DNA of 63,970 bases, counting the filler, from Polymyxa betae A26-41 (Eukaryota > Protista > Endomyxa: Phytomyxea): NCBI GenBank assembly GCA_003693705.1. It is 9 parts of 9 records of this genome, joined end to end, with 100 filler letters (N's around TTAATTAATTAA, not from the genome) between each part and the next. Parts side by side here need not be neighbours in the genome. Positions count along the whole stretch, not along the records: positions 25,882 to 37,355 come from RBZT01000091.1; positions 37,456 to 47,424 come from RBZT01000193.1; 7 more parts are not named here. The stretch is one strand, 5' to 3'. The notes beneath the pieces were generated by a model. It was not told the origin of the DNA and ran no database searches. It saw only the letters and a program-made list of their open reading frames with translations. The translations under genes were made by a program, and so were the position numbers. Shown piece after piece: positions 35,401 through 46,872 of the stretch. The first letter of the stretch is position 1. Each line of letters starts with the position of its first letter.

Positions 35401-37355
35401 CATGTTCACCGATGCCACCGAGTCTAGTACATCCGGAATGGTAACTCAGATTCCAAGTGATGATATAAATAAACCTGTATCATTACAGAGGCACGAACCA
35501 TTAGGTTTCGTAGGTCACCGGTTCAATAAATGCGAAATGAACTGGAACGTTGCCGAGAAAAGAAGGATTCGCCATTAAATATACAATGGAGAAGTTGGAT
35601 TATTTATTAGAGATGAAACGACCATTCAAGCTGTTCTGTGATCATAAAAATCTCATATAGATTTTTTCACCTACGAATGTATCAAAGCCAATAGCACAGA
35701 AGTTACAAAGATGTGCCCTCTATATGCAGCGATTTCATTATCAAATCGAGCATATCAAAGGAGAAGACAACATATGGGCCGACTTGATGACCAGACGGGG
35801 AGCGAAACCAGTCGACGATGAAATAGGCGCTACGCAAATGATAGTCCGTAGAGTGCGAGCGATAACGATCCCAGACGAACAGAGGATAAGGCCATTACAG
35901 AGCCCTGAGTTCATATGGCCTACTTTAGAAGAAATAAAGAAAATACAGAAGAGATGGCTGCCAGCTAGGAGCGGCCAAAAGTATAATGAAAATGGTTTAT
36001 TAATCACGGACAAGAAAAAAGTCATAATTCCGTTAAAAGCAGAAGACCTCCGATGTCGATTATGTATTATTTCGCATGCTGGAAGCAATAGTGGACACCT
36101 TGGGTACCAAGCGAGTACGCAGGAACAGACCCAGTTTTTCTACTGGAAGAACTGTACTGAAGACATTAAAGCAATCTGCAACTCGTGTCTGCATTTCCTG
36201 CCGACTAGAGGAGGGGTACGGATTCCACGACCTTTGGGCACACAGGTCCATGGACAGCAACCAAACGATGTATTACAAATGGACTGGATTTATATATGGC
36301 CAATGAAGAAGAATGGTATTCATGAATACCAGAGGAATCTAATCTTGCGTGATAACCTATCAGGAATGATAAAGATAACCCCCGCAAAAATTCCTAATAC
36401 ATCCGTGACTGTAGAAGCACTGATGGAGTGGAGGGCCCTATTTGGAGTGCCGAAAATTTTGGTCTCTGACATGGCTTCCTACTTTGTCTCGACGACGATG
36501 AAAGAGTTTGCCGGAAGATGTAATATGCAGCAGCATATCACCACGGCATACGGACACTATAACAATGGGACAATAGAGGTTATCAATAAAATTTATTTAG
36601 CCTTAATACGAGCCCTGTTGTTCGAGCTCAGATGGGAGAAGGAATACTGGCCCTGGTTAAATCGTAATGTACAACATACGATAAATCATCGAGGACAGAG
36701 CCGCTTGAACGGCCATGCGCCAGTTACCGTGATGACTGGATTGAAACCAGACAATCCATTAGATGAATTTTTTGATGTCCCAGTACGACGCAGTTTTCCA
36801 AAAACCCCGTGGAAAAACCTTTTATACAGAAGAAAATTGAAGAACTGCGAAGTGGGCTAGGTGAAATGCATAAAGCAGTTACAGAAACATCCGAAAAACA
36901 GAGGACTTTGAAGAAGAAGACTCAGAAGAAATACAGAAGAGAACCAAATTTTGGAGTTGGAGATTACGTCTTTGTTGGAGTACCAGAACCGACAAAAATG
37001 GCAGGACGAAAACTGTTCTTGAAATGGCGAGGTCCATATCGGATCAGTGACAATGAAGATAATTATGTGTTTTTCGAAGTAGAAAATATTATCGATCACA
37101 GTAAAAGACGGGTCCATGGCGACCGAATCCAGCTCTATGCACATGATAAGCTAAATGTCACAGAGGAAACAGTTTGCCCATGACAATGAATCATATCAAG
37201 TAAATGATTTTATTAACTGCAGACTTAACACAGAAAGCGGGCAACTAGAGTTGCTGGTCGAATGGAAAGGATTTACAGAAGATGAGAATTCGTGGGAACC
37301 ACTGAAGATTTTGCTTGAAGACGTCCCCGAATTAGTGAAGAAATATCTGAAGAAA
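32470..37355 (+). mobile_element. Ty3/gypsy chromovirus-type retrotransposon (gag with 2 zinc knuckles, PR, RT, RNase H, IN, chromodomain), frameshifted, 3'-truncated
   Basis: CFNCGKYGH and CYNCGKFGH..C, ILDSGA, WASPVVVVKK..RMCVD, WIDDLL, FTDA, integrase H..H..C..., LVSDMASYF, WRGPY, LLVEWKGF..NSWEP. Confidence 0.96.
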
Positions 37356-37455
37356 NNNNNNNNNNNNNNNNNNNNNNNNNNNNNNNNNNNNNNNNNNNNT
37401 TAATTAATTAANNNNNNNNNNNNNNNNNNNNNNNNNNNNNNNNNNNNNNNNNNNN

Positions 37456-37519
<64 letters not shown>

Positions 37520-37553
37520 CCCTAACCCTAACCCTAAAAAACCCAAACCCTAA
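37456..37553 (-). repeat. Telomere repeat tract (mixed TTAGGG/TTTAGGG) at contig start; probable chromosome end
   Basis: (CCCTAA)n interspersed with CCCTAAA, C-strand 5'-terminal as expected for a left chromosome end. Confidence 0.92.
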
Positions 37554-38762
37554 GTCGATGATCATGTCGCCGTATGCGGACGCGTAGTACAGGTCCGCGC
37601 CCTTCACCCGCATCAGCAGACGAGCGATCGCAAATTTCTGTAACACGATCGCCAGCTGTAATAAAGTGCGGTGATGGTCGCGGTCGGCGGCGCCGATGTT
37701 GATGACCGGCTCGGCGATCGACGGACATTCGACAACAAACATGAGCCAGAAATCCGTGGTATCCAGTCCGGTATACAGCAGGTTGGCGACGTACGCGACA
37801 AAAGCGAACGGATCGGCGCGGACCTGTACTCGGAACCGCCGCGTCCGGAACAGGACCGCGACGTGCCCCACCCGGCCACTGGTCACCAGCATCTCCACAA
37901 GTCCGAACATACTGGGCGGGTGCGGACAGCACAGTAACGGGAACAGGACCGGGACCAAGTCCGCAGGGAACTCGACATTATGGGCGAAATCGAGCAGACC
38001 GAACCGAATTCCGACCCGCAGCAGAGCCAGTACGACGCCAGCGTCGTCCAGGACGACGCGGCGTTCGGCCAGCTGCCAGGCCAGGTGCTCGGACATGGCG
38101 AAGTTGTGCGGGAAGACGCGGTCGAACGGGGCCGGGTAACGTGACCGGACTCGAGCCAGGACGTCGTCGGCGTAGCCTTTCGGGTCGGCGAATCGGGCCG
38201 CGTCCGTCCGCAGGAAATCGTGAACGGCCTCCACCATCCACGGCGGCACGCCGGGCGGGACTTCCGCCCCCCGGACGTCCTCGGGCAGACCCAGGACGAC
38301 ATCGATGGCGGCCAGGTCGAAATCCGGGGCCAGTACGACCGCCGCGAACACGTCCCGGGCGACGTCGCGGATCAGCAGGCGCGTGAGTTCGACTTTGGTG
38401 GCCGTGGACAGGGCGCGGGACCGCCCGATCTGGTCGTACACGCCCGCGGCGACCTGCGGGGTCAGGGCCGTGGTGTAACGGCGCGTCAGCGGACTTTGAT
38501 GCAGGAGCCGTGCTAGTTCACGGATGATGGCCGGTAACTGCGTGTCCGGGATGAATGGCGGGAGCAGATCGGGCGAGTACGACAGCTTCTGGATGAGGTA
38601 GGGGGCGCGGCATATCCGGCGCAGGCGGCGGCAGGTCTGAGACAGGCGGGCGAGGTCGGCGAGGGTGCCGAGCAGGTCGACGATCGGCGTGAGGAGATCA
38701 TCGGGGATCTGATCGAGAGGTGGGCCTCCTGCTGCTGGGGCCACCCCCGCCCCTATCTTCAT
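37497..38762 (-). CDS. F-box plus C-terminal ankyrin-like protein, intronless and GC-rich; reading frame ends inside the telomere
   Basis: LDQIPDDLLTPIVDLL...LARLSQTCRRLRRIC (F-box) and TLLQLAI....IARLLM...GAD......G (ankyrin). Strong G/C third-position bias. C-terminal RVRVRV is translated telomere. Confidence 0.82.
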
Positions 38763-38801
38763 GACGGGCGAGGTTCGTCAAGTCCACGACCACACTAGAA
38801 T

Positions 38802-39052
38802 AAGGAGAGGTGGCTGCGCCGCAAATATTTTTCATGTCGATTTGTTTTCAAAACTTTTTTGATGAGATCTGTGATGTTACCATCAAGGATAGGTGGCTGC
38901 GCCGCACATATTTTTTCAAAAAAATGCACAAAATGTTTTTGCTGAGATCTGTGATGTTACCATCAAGGATAGGTGGATGCGCCGCACATATTTTTTCATA
39001 ACGATGCGACGATTTGTTTTCGAAATTTCTTGCTGAGATCTGTGATGTTACC
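38802..39052. repeat. Subtelomeric tandem repeat, about 80-88-bp unit x3
   Basis: aagga(t/g)aggtggctgcgccgca.atatttt...tgagatctgtgatgttacca units start at 38802, 38885 and 38965. Confidence 0.93.
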
Positions 39053-39149
39053 AACAGACTTACAGCAATACTGATTTCTTCATTTTACGGCGCCCCCATC
39101 ATTCATCGAGATCAGCGTCGAAGAATGCAGTCGGCCAGTACGGCTCCTG

Positions 39150-39968
39150 TCACGAACTCGTATGCAACGTTGGAAGCCAGTCGTGAAATCTACGACAATC
39201 TCCGCCTGATATGACAGATGTTGCCCGCTGACCATATCGGCTCCCGCCTTCAGCACGACGCCTCCGACCGCTTCTTGCTGACGGACTTGTTGCGGCCTTC
39301 TCCTCGCGATCTCTATTCAAAACGCATCGACGATTGGTGACATCCTCCGCCGCCTCCTCTCTGGCGAGATTCACGCACTCCATTGCTAAAATTGCTCCGA
39401 TCTCGCCGGCGTCATACTGGAGTGCGTGCTGCCCCAGCGGTCTTATTGTCGCTGCTGGGAATCGGAGTCCGTTTCGATCCCGTCCTTTTGATAATGAGGG
39501 ATCGGCTGACGCAATCGGAGGTCGCGCAAGTTGAACTTTTCCGTACGGAAGATGGGGCCTCAATCTCATTCGTACGAATTTCTCCGACAGGAATACTGCC
39601 CCAAGAGACACGCCTGTCACGGAATTGCAGCAATACACGCTGGGACGAAACTTTTTCTGATGAAATCGAATAAATAGTTTAGAGGCATAACATTGACAGA
39701 TAGGGCGAGAGGGAGGATTTAGTAGATGGGCGACGTGTCCGTACGACATCGTTCGCCGGTGATGGAGGAAAACTCCATCAGGGTCGGACTGGAGGGATCG
39801 CGTCCGCCGCGTCGTTCCAGATCGTCTCGAATGACCTCGAGCAGGGCGTGCATGGCGGCGTTGTCCTCCGAGGTTCGTGACGGCGTCGACAAGTTCTCTG
39901 CAGACCGCGCTGTTGCCGGGGCCGGAGGTAGCCGAGACTTCTTCGAGTGCACGGCTAATAGATGCCAT
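39150..39968 (-). CDS. Hypothetical protein or pseudogene
   Basis: Long GC-rich ORF from MASISRALEEVSA; no recognisable domain, possibly frameshifted or spliced. Confidence 0.3.
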   Translation of the reverse strand: MASISRALEEVSATSGPGNSAVCRELVDAVTNLGGQRRHARPARGHSRRSGTTRRTRSLQSDPDGVFLHHRRTMSYGHVAHLLNPPSRPICQCYASKLFIRFHQKKFRPSVYCCNSVTGVSLGAVFLSEKFVRMRLRPHLPYGKVQLARPPIASADPSLSKGRDRNGLRFPAATIRPLGQHALQYDAGEIGAILAMECVNLAREEAAEDVTNRRCVLNRDREEKAATSPSARSGRRRRAEGGSRYGQRATSVISGGDCRRFHDWLPTLHTSS

Positions 39969-40574
39969 CAAGTCAGTGAAAGAGAACAAACAAACCCTAA
40001 ACCCTAAGATCTGAATATCGATGACGCTAACAACGAGAAACTGAGTGATTTTGTCGCTGTGAAAAAACTTGCAAAGCAAAAAGAATAACGACAGAAAAAA
40101 CGTCGGAATGAAACTTCTTGAAAAAAAAAAAGTGAAAGCTTTTACCTTGTGAGGCGAGGTCAAAAGTGCACTCGGCAGCCGGGAATGCAATATTCACAGC
40201 ACGGACAAGTTCGTGAATGTCGACTTCATGTCCAGCTGACCTGCATCAATCCGATCAGAACGAATCGAAGAAACATTTTGTGAGACAAAATCCATAAATG
40301 TTCATAAAGGTAAACAGAGTGGATCGAGAGAAAACGGCGTCAAATTGAACCAACATCAGCAGCTGTGTCTGAATCCATTCTGACGCTATGAACTTAAAAT
40401 ATGGCATCATCGAACGTGGAAAAAACGCAACAAAACTGTCAGAAAGGGAATACAGGAATTTCGGAAGTCTTCGTGATCAAATTGAGAAAAGGATCGAATC
40501 AGTTGCCATAGTAAGAACGCTCACAAAACGCCCTCTGAGAGAAATCAGTCTGGACAAAGTTCAGCAGACTGAAC

Positions 40575-41312
40575 TCATCCCAAAAGCAAAGCAGCGAAAC
40601 ATCGAAAACGGGAAAACGCGCAACCCAGTACGACGGACTCGTAGCCGCGCTTGAAGTTGAGAATGAAGCGCGAGAGGGCGTTGCGCTCGGGAGTGCGCTG
40701 GTTCGGGCGAATATCGGCGAACAGGCGCCGGTGATCGGGCGTCCCGGGCTGCGTCCGGCGCCAGAATTTCGGCTTCCAGTACCGATCGGCGTGCAGGACG
40801 TGGCCGGCATCCAGCCGGTGGGCCGGTACGAGCGCCCGCAGGGCGCCGTCGCTGCCGGATTCCGGCTCCGACGATCGTTTTAGGCGCATGCGCAGACCGA
40901 CGTCATCGTCGAAGGTCGCCATCTTGCTCGCGCGCGATCTCGAGACAGCCTTGGTGAAGGGGGGCGTGGTCCAGTACGACTCCGCGTCCGAATCTCACTC
41001 TGTTAACAGAGCAGTCGCGACGCTAAAGACGATTAGTGATCGTCGAAACCCGGGTGGTAAAAAAAGATCGCGGGGCCGTACCCGCCCCAGGGCCCCCTGT
41101 AGATTTCTGACTAATGAGGCGCCGGTCACAGGAACGCGAAACCCCCGGGCTGAGAGCGACCAGAATGCGGCGGTGACGGTTGTGACGGTCTCGGCTCGGT
41201 GCCTCCGATGAGGTTCATCCATCTCGAAGGGAGGCCGCTCGTCATAATTAGATCGAGGGCGCGATCCTGCTTTAGGCCAGTATTCCGTCAGGGTCGGGGT
41301 CTGCTGAGGCAT
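40575..41312 (-). pseudogene. Internally deleted piggyBac-like transposase remnant
   Basis: Two in-frame ORFs separated by one TGA (40995). ESYWTTPPFTKAVSRSR resembles YWS..F...MSRxRF, LDAGHVLHADRYW resembles GHHLYxDNYY, and KFWRR resembles KWWRR. Confidence 0.5.
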
Positions 41313-41889
41313 ACGAGCGACTATCTTAAGAAAATACTATAATTAACGATATAGTTGATGTGGCTGAGACAGAAATTTAGCAGAATCTTACAGTTGGCAG
41401 AGAGAAAATCTAAATAATTGTGAAGAGGATTTTCATATTACAAAATACGAAAATGAAAAATGTTATGATGAAACTATCTGATGATTTACACGGGCGAATA
41501 TCGTGGACGGAGTCGATACAGATTTATATTTGAAGATTTACAACGCCGCAGCTAAGAATATATTGATAATGAGCAATGCTAATAAACAGCATATTTACAC
41601 CTAAAAATCCAGAATGTCAGTTTTTACCCAAAGAAACACCACCAGTTCAAGAGGCCGCTTCAAACTGGATTGCAAAACGCCAATCATTAAATTGACAAGA
41701 GAATCAAATAGCACAAAACAAACCGGATCCGGAATGTCAGCATTTAACTGATAAAATATCGCTAAAGTTAAAGAAAATCGCTCGAAATGACTTAGCCAAA
41801 AAAAGGAGGAGAATTATGACAAAAAAAACCAAAGAGCACAAAAATAATCCGTAAGTTGAGATGAAAGTTTTGCCAATCCTCCATAAACC

Positions 41890-42090
41890 CTAACACGAGA
41901 CCTTGAATCCCTCTTTTCGAAGACAATCGAGATGAGCCTCGATGAAAGCTCGGCATTGGTCCTCGCCGTTCGCCAGCACGCATTCGTCCCTGTCTTTACG
42001 CGTCTGGGGACAAGCGCAGCAAATCTTCTTAGCAGGCGCCTTGGCCGGCTCGCCCACGGTCTTAGCAGCGGCTTCGATCTTGCCCGACAT
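41890..42090 (-). CDS. COX17: Cytochrome c oxidase copper chaperone
   Basis: KKICCACPQTRKDRDEC...GEDQCRAFIEAHLDCLRKEGFKV: CCxC copper site and twin Cx9C. Confidence 0.95.
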   Translation of the reverse strand: MSGKIEAAAKTVGEPAKAPAKKICCACPQTRKDRDECVLANGEDQCRAFIEAHLDCLRKEGFKVSC

Positions 42091-42972
42091 TTTGGCAATG
42101 ACGACGACGCTCCCTGCTTGGATAATGTGCGTGACTGGCAATCTGAGAGGAGGTGCGAAAATGTGCGCAGGTTGGGCATTTTTTTACTCCTACATGATTC
42201 TGTTTTTGAGAAATGAAAGATGCGTGGTGGTGCGCAATGCGCGAAAGTGGCGCATTGTACTGCTCACATGATTTTTTCTCAAAAGAAGATGCGTCAAAGA
42301 TCAGTCGATTCGACTTCACACTATACCAATAAATGGTCGCCGCCACCTGTCGGATCTATCTCACGACAGAAAGCACTAAATCAGTACAGATTATTGACCA
42401 GACACTTTCTGTATGTAATCTTACATTCAGACTCTTTATATAATTGGGCTCTGTAACAATGGGCTTATAATTAGAACTTCGAAAACTTTACAAATGTTGA
42501 AGAAATTTCACTTTTCAGATTTCAAATTAATAATCTGCTCTGTCCACCATCAGACCTGAATCATGGATAAAATTGAACTGAGATATTCTTCGAGATTGAT
42601 TTTGGATATAACAATCAGATATGAAGCTCATTCAAATAGGGCAAATTTTGTATTGATTCCGCATATAAGATGATCGGTGTCAGTGCGGTTTGCGGAGACC
42701 ATCCTGGTTCATGTCCAGGGCAGTGACACGGGCCAGTACGCCACCGTTGAGATGCCATTGTCCGACGCCGACCGCATCGTTCTGAAATCGCCGCAGATCA
42801 AGAGTGCACTCTCTGCGTTGCGGACGTTGACAGCCTTATCCCGAGCCCGAAGCCCTCATCATGTAATGTTACACAACACCAATAGATTCCTTCATCTCTG
42901 TCAACCTTTCAACTTGTTTTTTTTTTCTGTTTTTTTGTCTTGCCACTGCATATTGTGTCAAAATCGTGCGGA

Positions 42973-43132
42973 GATTTTCTCATGTATTTGTCAGCAGCCT
43001 GCTTCCGGGTCCGATTCTGGCACTGTTTATCATTGAGGGCGGCCGATTCGGTGATTTTCTCGTGTATTTGTCAGCAGCCTGCTTCCGGGTCCGATTCTGG
43101 CACTGTTTATCATTGAGGGCGGCCGATTCGGT
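42973..43132. repeat. Tandem duplication, 80-bp unit x2
   Basis: gattttctc(a/g)tgtatttgtcagcagcctgcttccgggtccgattctggcactg...ccgattcggt occurs twice. Confidence 0.95.
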
Positions 43133-46100
43133 AACATCGAATGAGGTCGTTCTAATACACTCGAGTTTGATCCCATCTATGTTTTCGATTGTGAATAACT
43201 ATTGCAGCAAAATCTGTTGAAAACTATCGGGGCATTAACAGATGCAGTGATCTGCTAGTTTACAGGAGAAATTCTGCCAAAAGGTTCAGCATAACAATCT
43301 CAAAGATCAATATTGATATGGTCTTGAATATCTAATTTGATTTCAGGTGTTTCGAACCGATACGAAAACGCTCTTCTCGATGATCACGTCAACGATGCTT
43401 TTATTATGTGGAGTCGAGGATGACATTTATAGATAGTAGTCGGGCTGCATTACCTGGTTGGAAAACTTTCGCTATTTCTGACCTGAGATGTTAAGAGGGG
43501 TGGGTTTAGGGTTTTAATCACCTGACATTATAAATTCGCGACTTTATGTGACAAACACGTATTCAACGACTGAGATGTCTTTCGATCTGGAGGAAACGAT
43601 AACATTTGAGGCGTTGCCGGCCATGGCTCATCATTGCGATTCTTGTATCAGGAGCGAATCCGATCAGCAAGGAAAATGCAGGCCCAGAGCGGGATCAGAA
43701 CGAGGCCAACTTCTTTGGATATCATGTGACGTGATAGTAAAGGAGTTATCACACCAATCACAGGCTCAAACAGAGCCTCAATAAAGAACAAAACCTGCTC
43801 GAGGCAGGCAGCCCTGATCACCAATCAGGCTGTTGAAAGATTCGATATCGACAAGGACCCGAAACATGCAACATGAACCGATGATATCAAGAGTGAAACA
43901 TTGCAATGTACTGTACGTACCATGTTTGCAAAAAGACCCAACGAAAGTCCGGTCAGAATTCGGAGAAATCCGAACACCCCATGTCGACACCTCCCCCGAC
44001 ATTCGATATTTTCTGCAAAATCCAAAGCGGGCAGATCACGAATGGAATGGGCATCATCAACAAGTACCAGATGGAGGTGCAGCACCCAGCGTCCGGCTAC
44101 AGATCAGCAGTCAAAAATATCACGAACAAGTACGAAAAGAGAGGAATTGAGACAGAACAGTCAGCAAAGAACAGCGCTGAATGAGTTGAATTACAAAAAA
44201 AAATGAGAACAAAAAAACTTAGCACAAAGTGAGAGTCGATCCCAGGCACTGACCGCGACCATATCGGTCTCGCTCTTATTCTTACGGTCGAGCAGGGTCC
44301 AAACCATACGACTAAGTTTGACAGCAAACACGACGGCAACAGCAGTAACGAGACCCGATTGGGCACCAAGAGAGAGCTGAGTATCAGCTACAGCCGAGGC
44401 AGGCGACATCGAAGGGCTCGGCGAAACATCTCCGAGCAGATAGCGGCCCGCTCTGCAACAGTTCCGAGTCAGATGAAAACGGGGGGCGGTACGGCGTCCC
44501 AATAGATCCGCCGTCCGGCTTCATTCGCTGTGCTTGATGAGTTGCTTCTTGTAGGGGATCTTCATACTTCATTATCACTGGTATCATCACGCCTCAGATA
44601 GCCTGTTGTATCCTTGCACTTACAAAATCCACACCTTGCAGCCGTAAAAAAAACGAAATCGATCGTAATGGCGACATCAATGAGAGAGAGCGCCTTCAGT
44701 CTTATCATGCAGCGAAAAGATTCTCTTCCAACAAGCAGCAATCGGAATTCGTCAACACCTTAGATGGATGGTTTGCGATTGTTGCTGATTACAGAAACCA
44801 AGACCTAACTATGAGCTGAGGAACGAGAAAAAGACGATCTGTGATTCGCTGAAATTTGCCGCGAAGAAGCTTGGCGATCTTGGTATACTGTCGACCCAGG
44901 CACGGCTCGAAAAACGAATGGATCCAGCTTATTGCAGAGAGAAATCTGTTCCTTCTGGGGGAGATCAAAGGCGATGAACGACTTGAAATAGAGCAAATAA
45001 TCGTTAAATATTCTTAATACGTTATTTCTATCATCGTGAATTTCTGCCCGCTAGAACATGGTTATCGCATCTTCATTTCTGCTTATTCAAACTGTGTGGA
45101 CAATCGGATCAGATCTCGCATTCCTGTATTGATTTGTTACGTTGAATAATGAGAATAGCTTGAATCGCATTCTCGAGAATCTGGAGGACGGCGGCACCCA
45201 AGGCTGATTCAATTTCGAATTCCTGTCCTCTATCATACCTGCTGGGAATGCCAATACAGAATAGGGTTTTAGGGTTCCGTGCGTATATAGTTGTGATTGA
45301 GAGTCAGATACGATCCGAATTACAGCAGATTGATTTCTGATTTCGCTCTCAGAAAATATAACGAAATCTCTTCGCTTCACGAAAGCAGGACCTTGGACCA
45401 GGCGTTTATATCATATCAATGATTTTTGTGCTGATCTAATATCTATCATACAGCTGTTAAAGATGTTCGAATCTGAAAGAACAGAACCCAGGCAGATCGG
45501 ATTTCAAGATGCATCATCTTGTTTGGAAGCAACGATAGCACACATATGGAGCCGCCAGAAGACAAGGCCTTTGCTTTCGAAGCCAACTGGAATGATTGAA
45601 ATTGTAACTGGGAATGAGATAACATCTGATGCTTCTATAACGAGCTCAAACAGTGGACAGCTAATTGGGGCATCAAGATACCAGCTAAAGGCGGCTCCGA
45701 AAGAAGAGCGTTGGACTGGTGGATCATTCGAGAAGAACCCTGAACCCTAACGATCACCTGACAGCGATCAGGCTGCCTCCGGGACTGACAGTCTCAGGAA
45801 ACGTCAACGCAGTTTTTGATACATTAGACAGTTTTCGCAACATCGTTCATACAGTACATAGAAATAATACATAGATTCTCGGCACACAGACTTCCAGGCA
45901 CAGTTTGGCAGGCCGCGTCTATAGATGGATTCTGTATCTGAACACAGTCTTCCAGAAATCCGGTAAATATTTTCAAGCACGCGTGCCTGAAGCACGCGCA
46001 GCCCACCGCGCAGTTTTTATTTCACAGTCGCGCAGTAAACAATTGTTTGACGATGTTATAATCGTAACTCAGGGCTCAGGCACTTAGATAGTCTGTCATC

Positions 46101-46231
46101 TGTTCGTCCCAAGTGTAGTGTTATTGGACTCTACTTACGTTTACTGGCAAACAGGCGCTCATCGTTACTTCTATGAGGCGTTTGGATATCCTTTCTAAGA
46201 GTGTCCGCTGGCGATTGGGGACTGGGCACAT

Positions 46232-46872
46232 CAGGGATGCCGAAATTTTGTTTCTGGGAACTGCTTCAGGAATAATTTATTCCTCTCAGTTTGCTGCGGA
46301 ATAGAATTATTCCACATGTGCTGCCTTCGGAAATTACGTACTGAGAATAAAATACATAAGTCTGGAATAAAGAATAAATATTCCAATTCCCGTAAAAAAA
46401 CAGTGGCATTTTCATAGCAGGTACAGTAAGCCTTCGCTTAAGTCCGCANNNNNNNNNNNNNNNNNNNNNNNNNNNNNNNNNNNNNNNNNNNNNNNNNNNN
46501 NNNNNNNNNNNNNNNNNNNNNNNNNCGGACTTAAGCGAAGGCTTACAGTATTTGAAACGACCTAAAACTCCGAATTCGTCTCGTTCCCACCAGTAGGCAG
46601 TAACGTGTGTGAAAGGGTTGTATATATGGCCAAATAGGCATTGCTAGATTACTTGAACATCAGAAGCGAGATGTTTCTATTTGTTCTTGTCACGAAACAA
46701 TGTTTGAATTTATTCCTCTCTAAAAATAAACAATTTTATTCCTTCCCCCCAGGATTAGGCTCGGAATAACATATTAAATAAACAATTTTATTCCTTCCCC
46801 CCAGGATTAGGCTCGGAATAACATATTTTGATGAATTTTTCCTGAAAGTGAATTATGTATTCGGCATCTCTG
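46232..46872. mobile_element. Non-autonomous hAT-like element (13-bp TIR) containing a nested MITE and a 52-bp tandem duplication (46724-46827)
   Basis: cagggatgccgaa ... ttcggcatctctg termini and repeated GGAATAA/TTATTCC subterminal motifs; no clear TSD. Confidence 0.5.
46424..46548. mobile_element. Tc1/mariner(pogo)-type MITE spanning an N gap
   Basis: TA|cagtaagccttcgcttaagtccg ... cggacttaagcgaaggcttacag|TA (23-bp TIR, one mismatch, TA TSD). Confidence 0.8.

Noticed and set aside
33000-37553. Gypsy element targeted to the telomere
   Set aside because: The gypsy and the telomere tract are on different contigs (linker 37356-37455).
37534-38701. Many overlapping ORFs in other frames and strands
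   Set aside because: Shadow ORFs caused by high GC3 in the F-box gene; products are Arg/Pro-rich with no motifs.
41060-41325. Pol III ncRNA (telomerase RNA, RNase MRP, SRP) suggested by GC-rich stems and a T-run on the minus strand
   Set aside because: No CTAACCCT-type template, no GAAAGTCCCC/GGGGCT P4 and no SRP helix-8 motif. The region is better explained as piggyBac-like coding remnant. An Infernal/Rfam scan would settle it.
43540-45750. Short ORFs, including an FFGY motif suggesting an RT or TERT fragment
   Set aside because: No YxDD or other RT motifs and frequent stops, so no assignment can be supported.
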